Positions 25,301 to 26,437 of a DNA stretch of 26,437 bases are shown here, one piece after another. The stretch's first letter is position 1; every line of letters starts with the position of its first letter. The translations under genes and the position numbers were made by a program. A model generated the notes under the pieces. It saw only the letters and a program-made list of their open reading frames with translations. It ran no database searches and was not told the origin of the DNA. The DNA is from a virus (Duplodnaviria > Caudoviricetes): IMG/VR virus record IMGVR_UViG_3300020280_000012, positions 1 through 26,437 of that record, one strand, 5' to 3'.

Positions 25301-26437
25301 ACAGAAAAATACAGTATATGATTATGGTTTCCTGAAGAGAACTGCAGATTCTAGTGCTCCAAATAGTAAAATAAAAGTTTATTATAAGAGTGCTTCATTC
25401 GATTCATCTGATGATGGTGATATTGTAACTGTAGAATCATATAATGACTTTAATTATTCTACAGAGGTTAAATCAATAAACCGAGTAATGAACACGGATA
25501 TTATTGATTTAAGACCAAGAGTTAATGAATACACCGTTGCTGAATCTCTAAGATCTCCATTAGAATTCCTTGGAAGATCCTTCAATGCAACGGGAAATTC
25601 TGTTCCTAGTATCTTGGCATCTAATGAAACAATTTTCTTAGATTATTCATATTACCAAGGAAGAGTTGATAGACTTTACTTGCACAAGGATGGTAAGTTC
25701 CAGATGAAGTTTGGAACTCCTTCAGATGATCCCAGAAGAGCAAAACCTGAATCTCCAGATAATGCGATCGAAATTGCTGAAATAACATATCCCCCATATC
25801 TTCATAATGTACAGCAGGCATCTATTAATTTCCTGAAGTACAAGAGATATCAAATGAAGGATATCAAAAAACTTGAGGATAGAATTAGAAACTTAGAGTA
25901 TTATACTCAACTAACATTACTGGAGACATCTACAGCAAATCAATTTATTCCTGATGGTTCAGGTCTTAATAGATTTAAGTCAGGATTCTTTGTAGATAAT
26001 TTTACCAGTTTTGCAACCCAAGATATGAATCATGGGAGAAACAATAGTATTGATCAGTCAAATCAAATTTTCAGACCCAAGCACAATACTAATTCGTTTA
26101 ACTTAACAACTGGACCAGTTGTTGATGTAGATCCCACAGCAGACAAGAGAAATTCTGTCGTCGAGGGAACAAACGTTAGAAAACAGAATGATATTTTGAG
26201 TCTTGATTACTCAGAACTCGAATATATTACACAAACACTGGCAACTAGAACTGAAAGTGTAACACCTTTCTTGATTAGTTTCTGGCAAGGAACTATTGTA
26301 TTGACACCAGCGTCTGATAACTGGGTTACTCAAAACAGAGTAGAAGCAAGAACGATTGATACTATTGGTAATTACTCTCAGATTATGTCTGAGGCTGAAG
26401 AAAAGTTTGGAGTGGATCCTGAAACAGGATTTGCCCC
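22380..26437 (+). CDS. Large VrlC-like / DUF4815 virion structural protein, at least 1352 aa, truncated by the window end
   Basis: ATG 22380: MPQQTNLNVAPYFDDFD...VLFKPGYPVQARELTTLQSILQNQ; later RYQMKDIKKLEDRIRNLEYYT and GLNRFKSGFFVDNF. The frame is still open at the end (...EKFGVDPETGFA), which explains its absence from the ORF track. It sits in the usual position after gp8 in cyanomyoviruses. Confidence 0.88.
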   Translation, partial: MPQQTNLNVAPYFDDFDATNDYHKVLFKPGYPVQARELTTLQSILQNQVEKFGQHFFKEGAKVIPGNTGYSRLYYAVQLANTFQGVPVEAYADQLVGTTITGQTSGVTAVVDSIIPSADSERGNLTLYIAYQGSARTDNTTQTFSNGESLTCNQVLSSGLLGNSTIPAGAPFASTLTSNATATGSVFQIESGVYFIRGHFVNVSKESLVLDQYSNTPSYRIGLFVNEEIVNSNTDESLNDNSQGFNNYGAPGADRLKISVSLFKKALDDFNDDNFILLGTVINGVLQTPTRRGSTRPGGSVFYDDLTDVLARRTYDESGHYIVKPFNISLVNSLNNNLGNQGLYEEGQFTAGGSTPTDDLSVLRISPGKAYVKGYEVETISPTFIDVAKPRTTRTIEDQFLPYNTGPTLKLNAVHRAPTVGVGNTFILSLRDQRVDAAEIAAGKEIGLARVFDFRLESGSYNSSFPDENEWGMSMYDVQPYTELIINQATELQVPAYVKGNSSGATAFLRSPVNAGTALTVYDKKGDFINNEVLVITSGISTQAVSINRTVTNINAFGISDVKSVYSNTGIAAGTNGDAIAGINTFSANVVQTTSSIIGVSSISAINLVTGISTITSSNKNFPGNLKVNNLIQYSDPTTSDDPIMARVVGIVTAARQVTVSGVSTITGTVDGALPTSSFTTSDLEIVTTQLDPSSDNTLFTQLPQQHISSVDLTDGRIQIRKTFSVTITNNQLDSTSTAAITLPVGETYLSYSDERYALIRSDGSTESLSSDKFGFSADRRELQIRGLGSNNEGAQLIVTVEKTKPKAKKKVNNRVKSLVVDKSINPSSGIGTTTANDGLTYGNFPFGTRLQDEIISLNDPDIIEIHGIYETSDVSLTSANFGAPEMALTQLNGPSATTGDMIVGELMIGQTSGAVAVFAEVKDTSTVRYLPKNNFKFVEGESVEFQESSITGGVSSLDTTSFNISSNYTFSSGQKNTVYDYGFLKRTADSSAPNSKIKVYYKSASFDSSDDGDIVTVESYNDFNYSTEVKSINRVMNTDIIDLRPRVNEYTVAESLRSPLEFLGRSFNATGNSVPSILASNETIFLDYSYYQGRVDRLYLHKDGKFQMKFGTPSDDPRRAKPESPDNAIEIAEITYPPYLHNVQQASINFLKYKRYQMKDIKKLEDRIRNLEYYTQLTLLETSTANQFIPDGSGLNRFKSGFFVDNFTSFATQDMNHGRNNSIDQSNQIFRPKHNTNSFNLTTGPVVDVDPTADKRNSVVEGTNVRKQNDILSLDYSELEYITQTLATRTESVTPFLISFWQGTIVLTPASDNWVTQNRVEARTIDTIGNYSQIMSEAEEKFGVDPETGFA

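Noticed and set aside
565-25821. Numerous minus-strand ORFs in the track (e.g. 565..987, 1535..1900, 3330..4010, 4353..4718, 5970..6518, and those opposite gp7, gp8 and the VrlC-like gene)
   Set aside because: They lie antisense to well-supported + strand genes, show no recognisable motifs and look like shadow ORFs.
1-26437. CRISPR arrays, tRNA/rRNA genes, transposases, integrases, reverse transcriptase or DGR repeats
   Set aside because: By eye I found no regularly spaced direct repeats, cloverleaf structures or corresponding protein motifs.

Overview
This window is a segment of a T4-like marine cyanomyovirus genome (Kyanoviridae-like; assignment from gene content and order, not from a database search). 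All credible genes are on the + strand. 1-2183 is an early-type cluster of small hypothetical ORFs, one with an HExxH motif; two promoter-like sites share an upstream box and one ORF has a strongly structured leader. 2190-3000 is a largely non-coding control region with divergent near-consensus sigma70 promoters, a late TATAAATA box, short repeats and A/T tracts (candidate origin or ncRNA locus). 3261-5430 is a compact operon: GT-A glycosyltransferase-like protein, a 45-aa Lys/Arg/Gly-rich peptide missed by the ORF track, a stand-alone SET-domain methyltransferase, a 236-aa conserved hypothetical protein and a 53-aa ORF. 5478-end is the late baseplate module: gp25, gp6, a giant 4270-aa gp7-like protein, gp8 and a VrlC/DUF4815-like structural protein cut by the window end. 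The strongest novelty candidate is the histone-tail-like basic peptide directly abutting the SET methyltransferase gene. Next are the structured leader RNA at 1940-2009 and the promoter-driven non-coding region at 2220-3000.
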